From contig CAVVNQ010000015.1 of NCBI GenBank assembly GCA_963749705.1, positions 1 to 64,000 of the forward strand: a stretch of DNA of 64,000 bases. The letters run 5' to 3'. Below the pieces are notes generated by a model. That model ran no database searches. It saw nothing but the letters and a program-made list of their open reading frames with translations, and was not told the origin of the DNA. Below, in pieces: positions 29,580-39,287 of this stretch (the first letter of the stretch is position 1; each line of letters opens with the position of its first letter). This DNA comes from an uncultured Chloroflexia bacterium. GTDB taxonomy: Bacteria; Chloroflexota; Limnocylindria; Limnocylindrales; CSP1-4. Both the position numbers and the translations under genes were made by a program.

Positions 29580-30881
29580 TCAGCCGGGCCAGGTGAACCG
29601 GATCGAGGTGCCGCGACCGTCGCGGCCGCGCCCGACCTCGAGCGCCGCCCCGCAGGCCTGGGCCTCGGCCCGCATGTCGGCGATGCCTCGGCGGCCGCCG
29701 CGCGCCGCTGCCGCCTCGTCGACGGGCGCCGCGTCGCCGTCGTCCTCGACCGCCAGCCGGACCGACGCCGGGTGGACCTCGACCTCGACGGTCGCCGACG
29801 CGCCGGGCGCATGTCGGATGACGTTGTCGAGGGCGAGCTGCGCGATCCGGAACGCGGCCCGCTCGACCTCCCGCGGCGGGCGCGCGGCCGCCACGCCGGT
29901 CGCCACGCCGGTCGCCGCGCCGGGATCACCCGAACCCGGTCCGTCCCCACCGACCTCGATCTCGATCCTGACCTCGGAGCGCTCCTCGACCCGCTCGGCC
30001 AGCCACTCGACGCCCGCCAGCAGCCCGATCTCCTCGAGCACGATCGAGCGCCGGGACAGCAGCAGCAATTCGACCTCGTCGACGGCCGTGCGCAGGTCGG
30101 CGGCCAGCCGCTCCACGGTGCCTCCGGCCTCGGCTTCGGCCAGCGCGCGCCGGAGCGACGGCAGCACCTCGGCATGGAGGTCGGCGGCGAGCCGGCCACG
30201 CTCGGTCTCCACCGCCTCGGCACGACCGGCCTCGCGACCCGGCACCAGCTCGTCGACGAGCACGCGCATCGCGGTCAGCGCACCGCCCGTCCGGTCGCCG
30301 CGAGCCTCGCCGGCGACGAGTCGCGCCCGGGACCGCACCAGCGCAGGTCCGAGGTCGCGCGCCAGGCCGATCGTCGCCAGGACGGCGACGGTCAGCAGCC
30401 ACAGCCATTCGGGCATGCCGCCGTTGTCGATGCCCAGCGTCCGCCGCACGAAGTTGGCACCCAGCACGGCTGCCACCGCGAGGACCGTCGCCCACGCCGC
30501 CGCCCGGACCGCGACGGGTCGCCGCCCATCGGCCGTGGCGTAGGCCGCCGCGATCATGACGGGCACCACCAGCGCGAGGACCACCAGCGCGTCGAGCGCA
30601 GGCACGCTGCCGTCCCCGATGGCCGCCCGGACCTCGCGCACCAGGCCCACGGCGCCCAGCGCCGCCGCGGTCGCGCCCACGAGGCTCGCGGACCACGCGA
30701 GCGTCGGCGCCCAGCTTCGGGTGAGCACCAGGACCAGCAGCGCGCCGATGCCCCACAGGTGCGGGACCAGGTCCGACGGGGTCGGGGACGGCCCGCCGAA
30801 CGGGTTTGCGAGACGGACCAGGAGCGACCCGCCGACGAGCGCCGCCACGGCCATCGTCGCGAGGCCGAGCGCCCGGCTCAC
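29580..30881 (-). CDS. Membrane sensor histidine kinase (HisKA_3/NarX-like)
   Basis: Multiple TMs; ERGRLAADLHAE, QLALDNVIRHA, EDDG. Confidence 0.88.
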   Translation of the reverse strand: MSRALGLATMAVAALVGGSLLVRLANPFGGPSPTPSDLVPHLWGIGALLVLVLTRSWAPTLAWSASLVGATAAALGAVGLVREVRAAIGDGSVPALDALVVLALVVPVMIAAAYATADGRRPVAVRAAAWATVLAVAAVLGANFVRRTLGIDNGGMPEWLWLLTVAVLATIGLARDLGPALVRSRARLVAGEARGDRTGGALTAMRVLVDELVPGREAGRAEAVETERGRLAADLHAEVLPSLRRALAEAEAGGTVERLAADLRTAVDEVELLLLSRRSIVLEEIGLLAGVEWLAERVEERSEVRIEIEVGGDGPGSGDPGAATGVATGVAAARPPREVERAAFRIAQLALDNVIRHAPGASATVEVEVHPASVRLAVEDDGDAAPVDEAAAARGGRRGIADMRAEAQACGAALEVGRGRDGRGTSIRFTWPG

Positions 30882-31516
30882 GGCAGCGGCTTCTCGGCCA
30901 CCCAGCCCTCGCGCATCGCGAGGACCGCGAGCTCGGTGCGCGACAGGACGCCGTATCGGTCGAACAGCCGGCGGAGGTGGCTCTCGACGGTCTTCTCCGT
31001 GACCCCCAGCTGCGCCCCGACCTCGTCGTTCGAGGCGCCCGCGCAGACCAGGGTCAGCACCTCGATCTCGCGGTCGGATGGGCGCCGGGGCGCGCTGCGG
31101 ATCGCCCGCAGCATCGCTGCGGAGAAGGCCGTCCCCCCGCCCGCGACGGTGCGCACGGCATCGAGGATCTCGGTCACCTCGCTGGTCTTGCGCAGGTATC
31201 CGGCGGCCCCGCGCTCGAACGCCGTCCGGATGAGCGGCGGCTGATCGAACGACGACAGCAGGAGCACGGCCGGTCCGCCGGGCGCGACACCTTCGAGCAG
31301 GCGCAGCCCCTCCGCCTCGCCCGCCAGCTGGACGTCGGTCACGATGACGTCCGCGGCAACCGCCGATGGCCCAGCCAGCAGGGATCGGGCCTCGTCGAGC
31401 GTGCGGGCCGACCCGGCAACCTCGAGGTCTCCTGTCGCAGCCACAGCGGCGGCGATGGCATCGAGGATCGCGGGATGATCGTCCACCAGCACGATCCGGA
31501 TCCGCTGCGTTCCCAC
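30878..31516 (-). CDS. NarL/FixJ-family response regulator
   Basis: IVLVDDHP, GAAGYLRK, PSDREIEVL..TEKTVESHL; GTG 7 nt after TAGGCT. Confidence 0.92.
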   Translation of the reverse strand: MGTQRIRIVLVDDHPAILDAIAAAVAATGDLEVAGSARTLDEARSLLAGPSAVAADVIVTDVQLAGEAEGLRLLEGVAPGGPAVLLLSSFDQPPLIRTAFERGAAGYLRKTSEVTEILDAVRTVAGGGTAFSAAMLRAIRSAPRRPSDREIEVLTLVCAGASNDEVGAQLGVTEKTVESHLRRLFDRYGVLSRTELAVLAMREGWVAEKPLP

Positions 31517-31629
31517 GTCTCGCAGCCTAGCGCGAACCCGCGCCGGCGCGAAGGGCCGGGCGTCGGGCAGGCCGGGCACGTGGATTGCGGGATTCCCCGC
31601 ATACTCGCTGCCAACGAGGACGAGGGACG

Positions 31630-32736
31630 ATGGACGACGACGCGACAGCACCGGACGCGGACACGGCTGGGAGTCCCGCCCCGCCGCCTGCGGCCACGCC
31701 TCCTCCACGACCAGCGCCCCCGCCGCCTCCGGCACCGCCGCCTGCACCACCCGCACCGCCGCCGTCACCACCGGCGCCGCCGGCCGGCGGGCCCGCGCCG
31801 ACCGTCGGCTGGGTCATGCCCGCCGATCTCGGCCGCCCAACCATCGAGGTCGGCGCCGTCGTCGGTCGCGCGTTCGACACCCTCGGCCGAGAGTGGTCGC
31901 TGTTCCTCGTCCTGGCGGCCCCGGCGGGTCTCGGCGCGTTCATCCAGTCGCTGCTCGTCGGATCCGGGAGCGCGACCGCGACCGGGGGGCGGTTCAGCCT
32001 CTATGACCTCGGACCCTTCATCGGCGCGTCGCTGCTGAGCGCGGCATTCGGGCTCGTGTCGTCCGTCGCGATCACCGTCGCGGCGGACTCGCTGTGGCAG
32101 GGGCGGCCGATCGGCGAGGCAGGCGCGTTCCGGACCGGGATCCGGGCGCTGCCGCGATACCTCGGCGTGATGCTCGTGATCGGGCTGGTCATCGGCGGGA
32201 TCGCCCTCGTCATCGGGCTCGCGATCATCGCGGCCGCGGCCGTGGCCGGGCCGGCGGCGATCCTGCTCGGCGTCCTGGTGGCCGTGATCCTCGTGCCCGC
32301 CGGGATCTACGTGTCGGCGCGCATGGCGCTGCTCGCTCCGGTGATCGTGCTGGAGCGCCAGGGCGTGCTCGGGTCGATCGTGCGCGCGTGGGAGCTGTCG
32401 CGCGGTCACGCGCTCGTCCTGTTCCTGCTGACGATCGTGGTCGCCCTGAGCGCGGCGCTTCCGCTGTGGGGTGGATCACTGTTCGCCGGGTCCGTCGACA
32501 ACGCCCTGATCGCGGCGATCGCACTGGGGATCGCGACCCTGCTGTTCGAGCCGCTGCCCGCGATCGCGGTCGTGCTGGCCTGGGGCGACCGGATCGGTGA
32601 CCGCCACGGAGACTCCGAGCTGATGGCCCGTGGCCGGGGGCGCGGCATCGCGGCACTGCTGGTGTTCGGGCTCGGTGGGATCCTGTTCGTCGCGGGCATC
32701 GGGGTCGCCGCGCAGGTGATGTCCGCGGCTCCCTGA
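31630..32736 (+). CDS. Multi-pass membrane protein with Pro-rich N-terminus (GDPD membrane-domain-like)
   Basis: About 7 TMs; P.IVLE..G..GSI.RAWELSRG motif. Confidence 0.75.
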   Translation: MDDDATAPDADTAGSPAPPPAATPPPRPAPPPPPAPPPAPPAPPPSPPAPPAGGPAPTVGWVMPADLGRPTIEVGAVVGRAFDTLGREWSLFLVLAAPAGLGAFIQSLLVGSGSATATGGRFSLYDLGPFIGASLLSAAFGLVSSVAITVAADSLWQGRPIGEAGAFRTGIRALPRYLGVMLVIGLVIGGIALVIGLAIIAAAAVAGPAAILLGVLVAVILVPAGIYVSARMALLAPVIVLERQGVLGSIVRAWELSRGHALVLFLLTIVVALSAALPLWGGSLFAGSVDNALIAAIALGIATLLFEPLPAIAVVLAWGDRIGDRHGDSELMARGRGRGIAALLVFGLGGILFVAGIGVAAQVMSAAP

Positions 32737-33065
32737 TCCGGCCGCAGGCTCCGGGCCGCTCCGGGCGCTCCGGGTCGCCGGCCTGGCCGCGTGACTCACC
32801 CGGCCCCGGCCGCGTGACTCACCCGGCGCATCAGGAACGAAGCCCGGCTGGCGGATCGCGCCCAGATCGACGCGATATCGGCGCGAGGCCCTGGTCCAGG
32901 CGCCGATGTGATGCGCCACGCGAGTCAGCCGCCGGCCCGCCGAGCCGCCGGTTCGCGGCGTGAACCCGGCGTGAACCCCGGCGAGCGCCGTGCGGGCCGA
33001 TGCAACCGCGCCGGGACCCGCAGGCTCGCCACGCGGCGGCCACGCGCGGGTGGCACCATGCGCCC

Positions 33066-33569
33066 ATGGCTGCCGTCGCGCTCGCAATCCGGTTCGCACT
33101 CGAGCTCAATGCCATCGCCGCCGTCGCGATCTGGGGGTTCCGGGCGGGCGACGGCGGGATCGCGGGGGCCATCTACGCGGGAGCGGCGGTCGTCGTCCTG
33201 CTCGTCAACTGGGCATGGTTCATCGCGCCGCGATCGACGCGGAGCCCGATCCCGGTCCGCTGGCGCACGCTGGCCGGCGCGGCCGTGATGCTCCTGGCGG
33301 CGGCGCTGCTGGCGGCCGCGGGCGAGCCGCTGCCGGCCGTCGTGTTCGCGGTGGTCGTCGTCGCCGATACGGCGGCCCTGTTTGCCCTCGGTGCGTCCGA
33401 CCAGGACTGGCCGATCCTGCCGCCGCCGGCACACCCGGAGGCACGGCCGACGCAGAACGCGGCGGTGGGCGACGGCATGGCGCGGGGCACGTCGCCCGCC
33501 CGCGCCTCGGCGAACGACCGCCCGCGCCGCGCGTCGTCCGGCAGCACGAAGCGACGAAGGCGCCGCTGA
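33066..33569 (+). CDS. YrdB/DUF2568-like small membrane protein
   Basis: LAIRFALEL..WG..WAWFIAPRS; ATG 6 nt after CACCAT. Confidence 0.75.
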   Translation: MAAVALAIRFALELNAIAAVAIWGFRAGDGGIAGAIYAGAAVVVLLVNWAWFIAPRSTRSPIPVRWRTLAGAAVMLLAAALLAAAGEPLPAVVFAVVVVADTAALFALGASDQDWPILPPPAHPEARPTQNAAVGDGMARGTSPARASANDRPRRASSGSTKRRRRR

Positions 33570-33650
33570 CGACCGCGGGGTTGTTCCGGCCTCAAGCGCC
33601 GCTGACGACCCGGGTCTCCGGCCCGATCCGCCGCGGGCCCAGTCGGATCC

Positions 33651-34823
33651 TCAGCCCCCCGAGCGGGCCACGACCGCCGCGTCGGGCTGCGGCTCGGATC
33701 CCAGCGCCAGCCACCGGCGCAGGCTGGCACGCCACAGCGCGCGGCGGTGGAAGGGACCGGTCTCGCTGAGCCCGTCCATGCCGCCCGCCGCAACCAGCGA
33801 TTCGAGCAGCGGCGCGAGCTGCGACCCGTACACGTGCATGCACGGTTCCGGCCGCACACCGGGCCACGAGTAGCAGGACACGACGGTCCGCCGCGTGTCG
33901 TGCGGGATGACGGCCGGCACGTCGTCCCAGGCCGGATCGTCCGGTGGCAGCTCCCAGCGGTCCAGGTTGCCCTGCGGGATGCCCTCGATCCCGCGCACCA
34001 CCTTGGGTTCGGCGTCCAGCAGGTAGGGATCGACCACCAGGTCGCACACGACCCCGTGCCCCGGCATCAGGGCCAGCCAGTCGTTGAGGATCAGCGGCTC
34101 CGATGCGTCGTGCCGCTGGGTGGCGTCGACCAGGATGTCGGTCACGGTGAGCCGGCCCCGGATGTACTCGGGGTCCCGGGTCAGGTTGCGGCCCGTGGTG
34201 ACCACCTCGACGCCCGGCAGGCCGTTGCGCATGAACGCCTCGTTGCGGGCGTCGTCGCCGTACTTGGTCGCGAACTCGACCGCGTGCTTGCCGATCTGCC
34301 CAGCGCCCATGATCGTGACCCGCACCGGCGGCCGGCCCGGGACCGACAGCGCCGGCCACTGCCGCTCGAGCGCCGTGAACGCCGCGCCGACGCCGTTCCA
34401 CGACACGCTGCGCAGGTTCTCGACCAGCCGGCGCCCCTCGTCGTTGGTCACCATGTCCATCGAGATCGCCTCGAGACCGAGGTCGGCGAGCATCTGCACC
34501 CGTGCCGGCCGGGTCTGGAAGTGGAGCATCGAGACGAGGATGGCGCCCGGACGCATCAGCTCGTACCTGCCCTCGGGGGCGCGCAGCACGACGACGACAT
34601 CCTGTCGATAGGTCGTCTCCTCGTCGGTCGCGTGGACGTTGGGATACAGCAGGTAGTCCATGTCGCTGTAGCCCATCGCGGACCCGATTCCGGACTCCAC
34701 GTAGACCTCGGCGCCAAGGCCGGCGAGCAGCCCGATCAGGGGCGGCAGGAAGTCGCGACGCTCGGCCGTCTCCTTGTGCATCCGGGGAAAGCCGATGCTG
34801 ATCGGCCGGGGCAGCGTCGTCAC
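33651..34823 (-). CDS. Alanine dehydrogenase/pyridine nucleotide transhydrogenase superfamily protein
   Basis: GFPRMHKE..ERR..P, VESGIG, GAGQIG Rossmann; GGAGG RBS before GTG. Confidence 0.8.
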   Translation of the reverse strand: MTTLPRPISIGFPRMHKETAERRDFLPPLIGLLAGLGAEVYVESGIGSAMGYSDMDYLLYPNVHATDEETTYRQDVVVVLRAPEGRYELMRPGAILVSMLHFQTRPARVQMLADLGLEAISMDMVTNDEGRRLVENLRSVSWNGVGAAFTALERQWPALSVPGRPPVRVTIMGAGQIGKHAVEFATKYGDDARNEAFMRNGLPGVEVVTTGRNLTRDPEYIRGRLTVTDILVDATQRHDASEPLILNDWLALMPGHGVVCDLVVDPYLLDAEPKVVRGIEGIPQGNLDRWELPPDDPAWDDVPAVIPHDTRRTVVSCYSWPGVRPEPCMHVYGSQLAPLLESLVAAGGMDGLSETGPFHRRALWRASLRRWLALGSEPQPDAAVVARSGG

Positions 34824-35007
34824 CTGGAAATCCTCCACACGTCGTCGCTCGACCGTACCCGCGATGACGCCGTGGCGCGAGGGTCCGCTGGTCCCGATCC
34901 GCGTGCCCGGCGGTCCCGATGTGGGGACCGGGTGGCGCCGGGACGGCCGTCCGGAGGCGTCGAGCCCGGCGCCGGCCGGCGCGAACGGTCCCGGCGAGCT
35001 ACGCCTA

Positions 35008-35036
35008 TTGACAGCGCGACGTAGCACTGTCATGAT
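35008..35036 (+). promoter_or_regulatory. Sigma70 promoter TTGACA-n17-CATGAT with TGACAG-n12-CTGTCA operator, leaderless merR
   Basis: Read directly; ATG 6 nt after the -10. Confidence 0.7.
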
Positions 35037-35042
35037 CCGGCC

Positions 35043-35807
35043 ATGCCCGACGACCCCTACGCCCTGACCGACCTGGCCCGGCTCGCGGATGTCACGCCCC
35101 GGACCATCCGCTACTACGTGGCGCAGGGCCTGCTGCCCTCCCCGGATGGCGCCGGACGCGCGGCGCGCTACTCGGAGGGTCACCTCGCCCGGCTGCGCCT
35201 GATCCGGCGACTCCAGCGCGATCACCTGCCGCTGGCCGACATTCGGGCCCGGCTGGAGCGGATCGGGGACGATGACGTGCAGGCCGCGCTGGACGCCGCA
35301 GACCAGCCCGAGGCGGGACCGACGCCAACGGGGACGGACGCCACGCTCGCGTTCGTGCGCGGCCTCATGGCCAGGGCCGGCGTCTCGCCGCGGTTCTACG
35401 ATCCGGGCCCCGACGCTGCGACCGATCCACCGCAGATCGATCCATCGCGGATCGATCCATCGCACCGCGCTTCCCTCCTGCGAAGGGTCCCCGACGAGTT
35501 CCCGCTCCGGGAGGCGCCCGGAGCGGAGCCCGATCCGCGGCGCCCCTGGCCTGATCCCCAGCGCCCGGAGCCATATCCGCCGCGGCCGGCCCCCTGGCTG
35601 ACGCCGCCCGCACCCGCCCCCGGACCCGCGACCCCCGCCCCCGCGTCCGCACCACGCTCGACCAGTGGCGACCGGAGCACGTGGGAGCGGCTCGTGATCA
35701 CCCAGGACGTCGAGCTCCACGTCCGGCGCCCGCTCGACCGGGCGACCAACAAGCGCGTGGACCGGCTCGCTCGCATCGCCCGCGAGCTGTTCGACGAGGA
35801 GACCTGA
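35043..35807 (+). CDS. MerR-family transcriptional regulator
   Basis: LTDLARLADVTPRTIRYYVAQGLLPSP..Y..H; C-terminal WERLVITQDVELHVR. Confidence 0.9.
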   Translation: MPDDPYALTDLARLADVTPRTIRYYVAQGLLPSPDGAGRAARYSEGHLARLRLIRRLQRDHLPLADIRARLERIGDDDVQAALDAADQPEAGPTPTGTDATLAFVRGLMARAGVSPRFYDPGPDAATDPPQIDPSRIDPSHRASLLRRVPDEFPLREAPGAEPDPRRPWPDPQRPEPYPPRPAPWLTPPAPAPGPATPAPASAPRSTSGDRSTWERLVITQDVELHVRRPLDRATNKRVDRLARIARELFDEET

Positions 35808-35927
35808 GCCCACCGGGAGACCGGACAACCGACGACCCCACCCGCACGGGCGACCAACGCTCGCCCCAGCCACACCCGCAGACCCGCCCCATCCGGGCCT
35901 CGGCACCAGCACACGAGGAGGCCCATC

Positions 35928-37277
35928 GTGAACCCGACGACGAACCCCGCCCCTGCCCAACCCGACGGTGACGGCCAGCCCCCGGCACCCCCCACCAGCC
36001 CGCACCTGGGCGTCCGCTCCGACCGCCGTCTCATCCGCGCGCACGGCCGCAGCGAGCGGTTCCTGCTCATCGACGTCGTCGCCCCTGCCGTCACCTCCGA
36101 CCCGGCGCGCCGGCGGCCGCCCGTCAACCTGGGCTTCGTCCTCGACCGCTCGGGTTCGATGGGTGGCCAGAACAAGATCGGGCTGGCCAGGCAGGCCGTG
36201 CTCGAGGCCGTCGAGCGGCTCGACGCGCCGGACCGCTTCGCGGTCGTGACGTACGACGACCGGCTCGACGTGGTCGTCGGCAGCGTGCTCGCATCACCGG
36301 AGGCCCGGCACCTGGCGGCCGACCGGCTGCGCTCGATCGACGCGCGTGGCAGCACCGACCTGCACGGCGGCTGGCTGGCGGGCTGCGAGCAGGTCGCCGC
36401 CGGTCTCCAGCCCGACGGCGTCAACCGCGTGCTGCTGCTCACCGATGGGCTGGCCAATGTCGGCGTCACGGACCCGGACGAGCTCACCCGCCTCGCCCAT
36501 GACCTCCGCCGGCGCGGCGTGACGACCAGCACGTTCGGCGTCGGGACGGACTTCGACGAGGCCCTGCTGCAGTCGATGTCGGATGCCGGCGGCGGCCATT
36601 TCTACTTCATCGGCGACGTCGCCCAGATGCGCGACCACATCACGAGCGAGGTGGGGGAGACGCTCGAGGTCGCGGCCCGTGAGGTCGTGCTCGAGCTGAC
36701 CGTCCCCGAGTCCGTCCGGGTCGACGCCCTGTCCCCGTTCCGCCTCGAGCAGCGCGGCGGGCGGGTGTTCGCGTACCTGGGCGACATGGTGTCGGGCCAG
36801 GTGCTGTCGATCGCGCTCCGGGTCACCTTCGACTTCGGCGAGGTCGGGCGCGAGATCGGCATCCTGGTCAACGTCCGCGACCGGGATGGCGCGTTCGAGC
36901 GTGCCGTGCCCGGGATCGGGACGGTCAGCGTTGCCTGGACGTACGACGATCACGCGGCCAACGATGCCCAGCCCCGCGACCGCGAGGTCGACCGCGTCGT
37001 CGCCCGGCTGTTCGCGGAGCGAGTCAAGCAGGAGGCCGTTCGCCTCAACCGCGAGGGCCGGTTCGAGGAGGCGGGACGGGCGCTCGACGGTGTCCGCCGT
37101 CGCGTGGCGTCGTACGCGGGTCGGGACCTCGCGCTTCGCGACATCGTGGCCGAGCTCCGGGACGAGGCCCCGGTCTACGCCGCCGCGATGCCCGAGATGG
37201 CGCGCAAGGAGCGCTACTTCGCCTCGAGCAACCTGTCCCGGATGCGGACGGCCGAGGGCCGGTCGCGCAAGGCCTGA
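35928..37277 (+). CDS. von Willebrand factor A domain protein (YfbK-like)
   Basis: MIDAS DRSGSM, STDL..G, LLTDG; GAGGAGG RBS. Confidence 0.9.
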   Translation: MNPTTNPAPAQPDGDGQPPAPPTSPHLGVRSDRRLIRAHGRSERFLLIDVVAPAVTSDPARRRPPVNLGFVLDRSGSMGGQNKIGLARQAVLEAVERLDAPDRFAVVTYDDRLDVVVGSVLASPEARHLAADRLRSIDARGSTDLHGGWLAGCEQVAAGLQPDGVNRVLLLTDGLANVGVTDPDELTRLAHDLRRRGVTTSTFGVGTDFDEALLQSMSDAGGGHFYFIGDVAQMRDHITSEVGETLEVAAREVVLELTVPESVRVDALSPFRLEQRGGRVFAYLGDMVSGQVLSIALRVTFDFGEVGREIGILVNVRDRDGAFERAVPGIGTVSVAWTYDDHAANDAQPRDREVDRVVARLFAERVKQEAVRLNREGRFEEAGRALDGVRRRVASYAGRDLALRDIVAELRDEAPVYAAAMPEMARKERYFASSNLSRMRTAEGRSRKA

Positions 37278-37356
37278 CGGCGGGTCGCGCCCGCGGTATC
37301 GGCCCGCGCCCTCGGTATCGGCCCGCCCCCGCGGTCGCCGGCCCGCGCTCGGGCTT

Positions 37357-38466
37357 TCAGCGCTTCCGGTCCGGGTTGGGGATCAGGGCGTCCGTCACCT
37401 GGTGCAGGAGCTCCTGGTACGAGCCGATGAATCCGCGCAGGGTCCGGGCGGTGGCACCGAAGGTGTCGAACTCCGCCGGCGCAAGCCCGTCCGGCTCGTA
37501 TGCGCGGACGAAGTCCGGCAATCGCGATCGCAGCTCGTCGAGGTACACCGGCGCGACGGGGTCGTCCATCCGCGGTCGTACCTCGACGCTCGAGGCGTTG
37601 AACCGACGCTGCCACGACGCCGGCAGGGCGAGCACCACGTCGCCGCCGATGAGCTCCGACCAGTGGTAGTGGTGACGGATCGCCGCGCACAGCAGCCGCG
37701 CCCGCAGCCCGCGCTCGCGGAAGATGCCATAGGCGCGCTTGAACACCGCGATCCCGCTCCACGGCAGCGCGTCGGGATTGACGCTCAGGCCGTCGCGATC
37801 CACCACGACCCTGAGCCAGTCCTCGATGCGGCCGGCCATGATCGTGACCACAGGCCCCATGTCGTCCGTCGGCAGGCCTTCGGCGTCGCGCCGCCGCAGG
37901 CCACGTTCGATCGCCTCGCCGGTCGCGAGCGCCTGGGCGACCGTGAAGCTGACGGTGACGTTGACGCTGACGCCGCGGTAGGTGGCTTCCTCGATCGCGT
38001 CGATGCCGGCGTGGGTGGCGGGCAGCTTGACGATGATGTTGGGGGCGAGGGTCGAGAAGTGGATCGCCTGCTCGACCATCGCGGGCCGGGTGCGGAACAG
38101 CGTCGGATCGGTCTGCACCGACAACCGCCCCTGGCGCCCACCCTGGGCCTCGAACACGGGCTCCAGGACCTTCGCACCGCGGATCGACATCTCCTCGACG
38201 ACGGCCCAGCCGAGGTCCGTGACCGTCGCGGCCGGCCGCTCCACGGCGAGGGCGGCGACCCGGTCTCGCCAGAACGCGGCCTGCTTGTTCCACACGTCGA
38301 CGACGATGGTCGGGTTGGCGGTCGCCCCGACCGCGCCGTAGCTGATCGCGTACTCGAGCTCGTCGACCGCGCACGAGTCGTTCCACACGTCGGTATCGGT
38401 CTGGGCGATCGTGCGTCCCAGGGGGGTGTCGGCGAGGGGGAGCTGTGAGGGGGCCGTGATGGTCAC
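37357..38466 (-). CDS. Transaldolase family protein
   Basis: WNDS, GATANP, NIIVKLPAT, VNVTVSF; GGAGG RBS before GTG. Confidence 0.9.
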   Translation of the reverse strand: MTITAPSQLPLADTPLGRTIAQTDTDVWNDSCAVDELEYAISYGAVGATANPTIVVDVWNKQAAFWRDRVAALAVERPAATVTDLGWAVVEEMSIRGAKVLEPVFEAQGGRQGRLSVQTDPTLFRTRPAMVEQAIHFSTLAPNIIVKLPATHAGIDAIEEATYRGVSVNVTVSFTVAQALATGEAIERGLRRRDAEGLPTDDMGPVVTIMAGRIEDWLRVVVDRDGLSVNPDALPWSGIAVFKRAYGIFRERGLRARLLCAAIRHHYHWSELIGGDVVLALPASWQRRFNASSVEVRPRMDDPVAPVYLDELRSRLPDFVRAYEPDGLAPAEFDTFGATARTLRGFIGSYQELLHQVTDALIPNPDRKR

Positions 38467-38663
38467 CGGTGCGCAACCTCCTGTGATCACCTACAGCGCA
38501 GGGCCGGCGATCCTTGGCCCCTCCCGGGTCGATTCTGCCACGTGCGGCCGGGGTGCACAGCGACCCTCGCGAGCGGGCGAGTTGGGGCATCATCGGAGCA
38601 CGCGTCCGCACTCGGCCCGGCATCGTCTCGTGGATGCCCATGCCGCACAGCTGGAGACCCGAG

Positions 38664-39287
38664 ATGACTGACCTCGCCGCCCTGACCGAGGCGATTGGTG
38701 CGGGCAATCGTGCCGTCGCCGTGGAGACCACGCGCGCGGCGCTCGATGAGGGGACCGATCCGCGCGTGGTCCTCGGGGCGATGACGGCGGCGATGGACGT
38801 CGTCGGGCGGAAGTTCCAGGACGGGGAGATCTACGTCCCGGAGATGCTGATCGCGGCCCGCGCGATGAAGGAGGCGCTCGTCGTCCTCGAGCCGGTCCTC
38901 GTCGCCGCGGGCGTCAAGCCCGAGTTCCGGGCGGTCATCGGCACCATCGCGGGCGACCTGCACGACATCGGCAAGAACCTGGTCGGGATGATGTGGAAGG
39001 GCGCCGGCTTCGAGGTCATCGACCTCGGCGTGAACGTCCGCGCCGAGCAGTTCGTGGAGGCGGCCAGGGAGCACGATGCCGATGTCATCGGGGTGTCGGC
39101 CCTGCTGACGACGACGATGCCCGGCATGCGCGGCGTGGTCGAGGCGGTGCGAGCGGCTGGGCTCCGAGCGCGGGTCGTCGTGGGCGGCGCTCCGACCACG
39201 CCCGAGTACGCGGCCGAGATCGGCGCCGACGGCCAGGCGCCCGACGCGGGGTCCGCGGTGGAGCTCGTTCGCCGCCTCATCGCGTGA
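38664..39287 (+). CDS. Stand-alone cobalamin-binding corrinoid protein (MtbC/MetH B12-domain-like)
   Basis: Cap domain plus GDLHDIGKN (DxHxxG), SALLTTT, GGAP. Confidence 0.92.
   Translation: MTDLAALTEAIGAGNRAVAVETTRAALDEGTDPRVVLGAMTAAMDVVGRKFQDGEIYVPEMLIAARAMKEALVVLEPVLVAAGVKPEFRAVIGTIAGDLHDIGKNLVGMMWKGAGFEVIDLGVNVRAEQFVEAAREHDADVIGVSALLTTTMPGMRGVVEAVRAAGLRARVVVGGAPTTPEYAAEIGADGQAPDAGSAVELVRRLIA

Noticed and set aside
34824-36044. N-terminal extension of the 797-aa ORF
   Set aside because: Overlaps merR on the opposite strand; a good RBS and GTG at 34823 mark the real start.
38467-38663. Cobalamin riboswitch upstream of the corrinoid protein
   Set aside because: No B12-box or GGGAA..GCCACTG-type signatures found.
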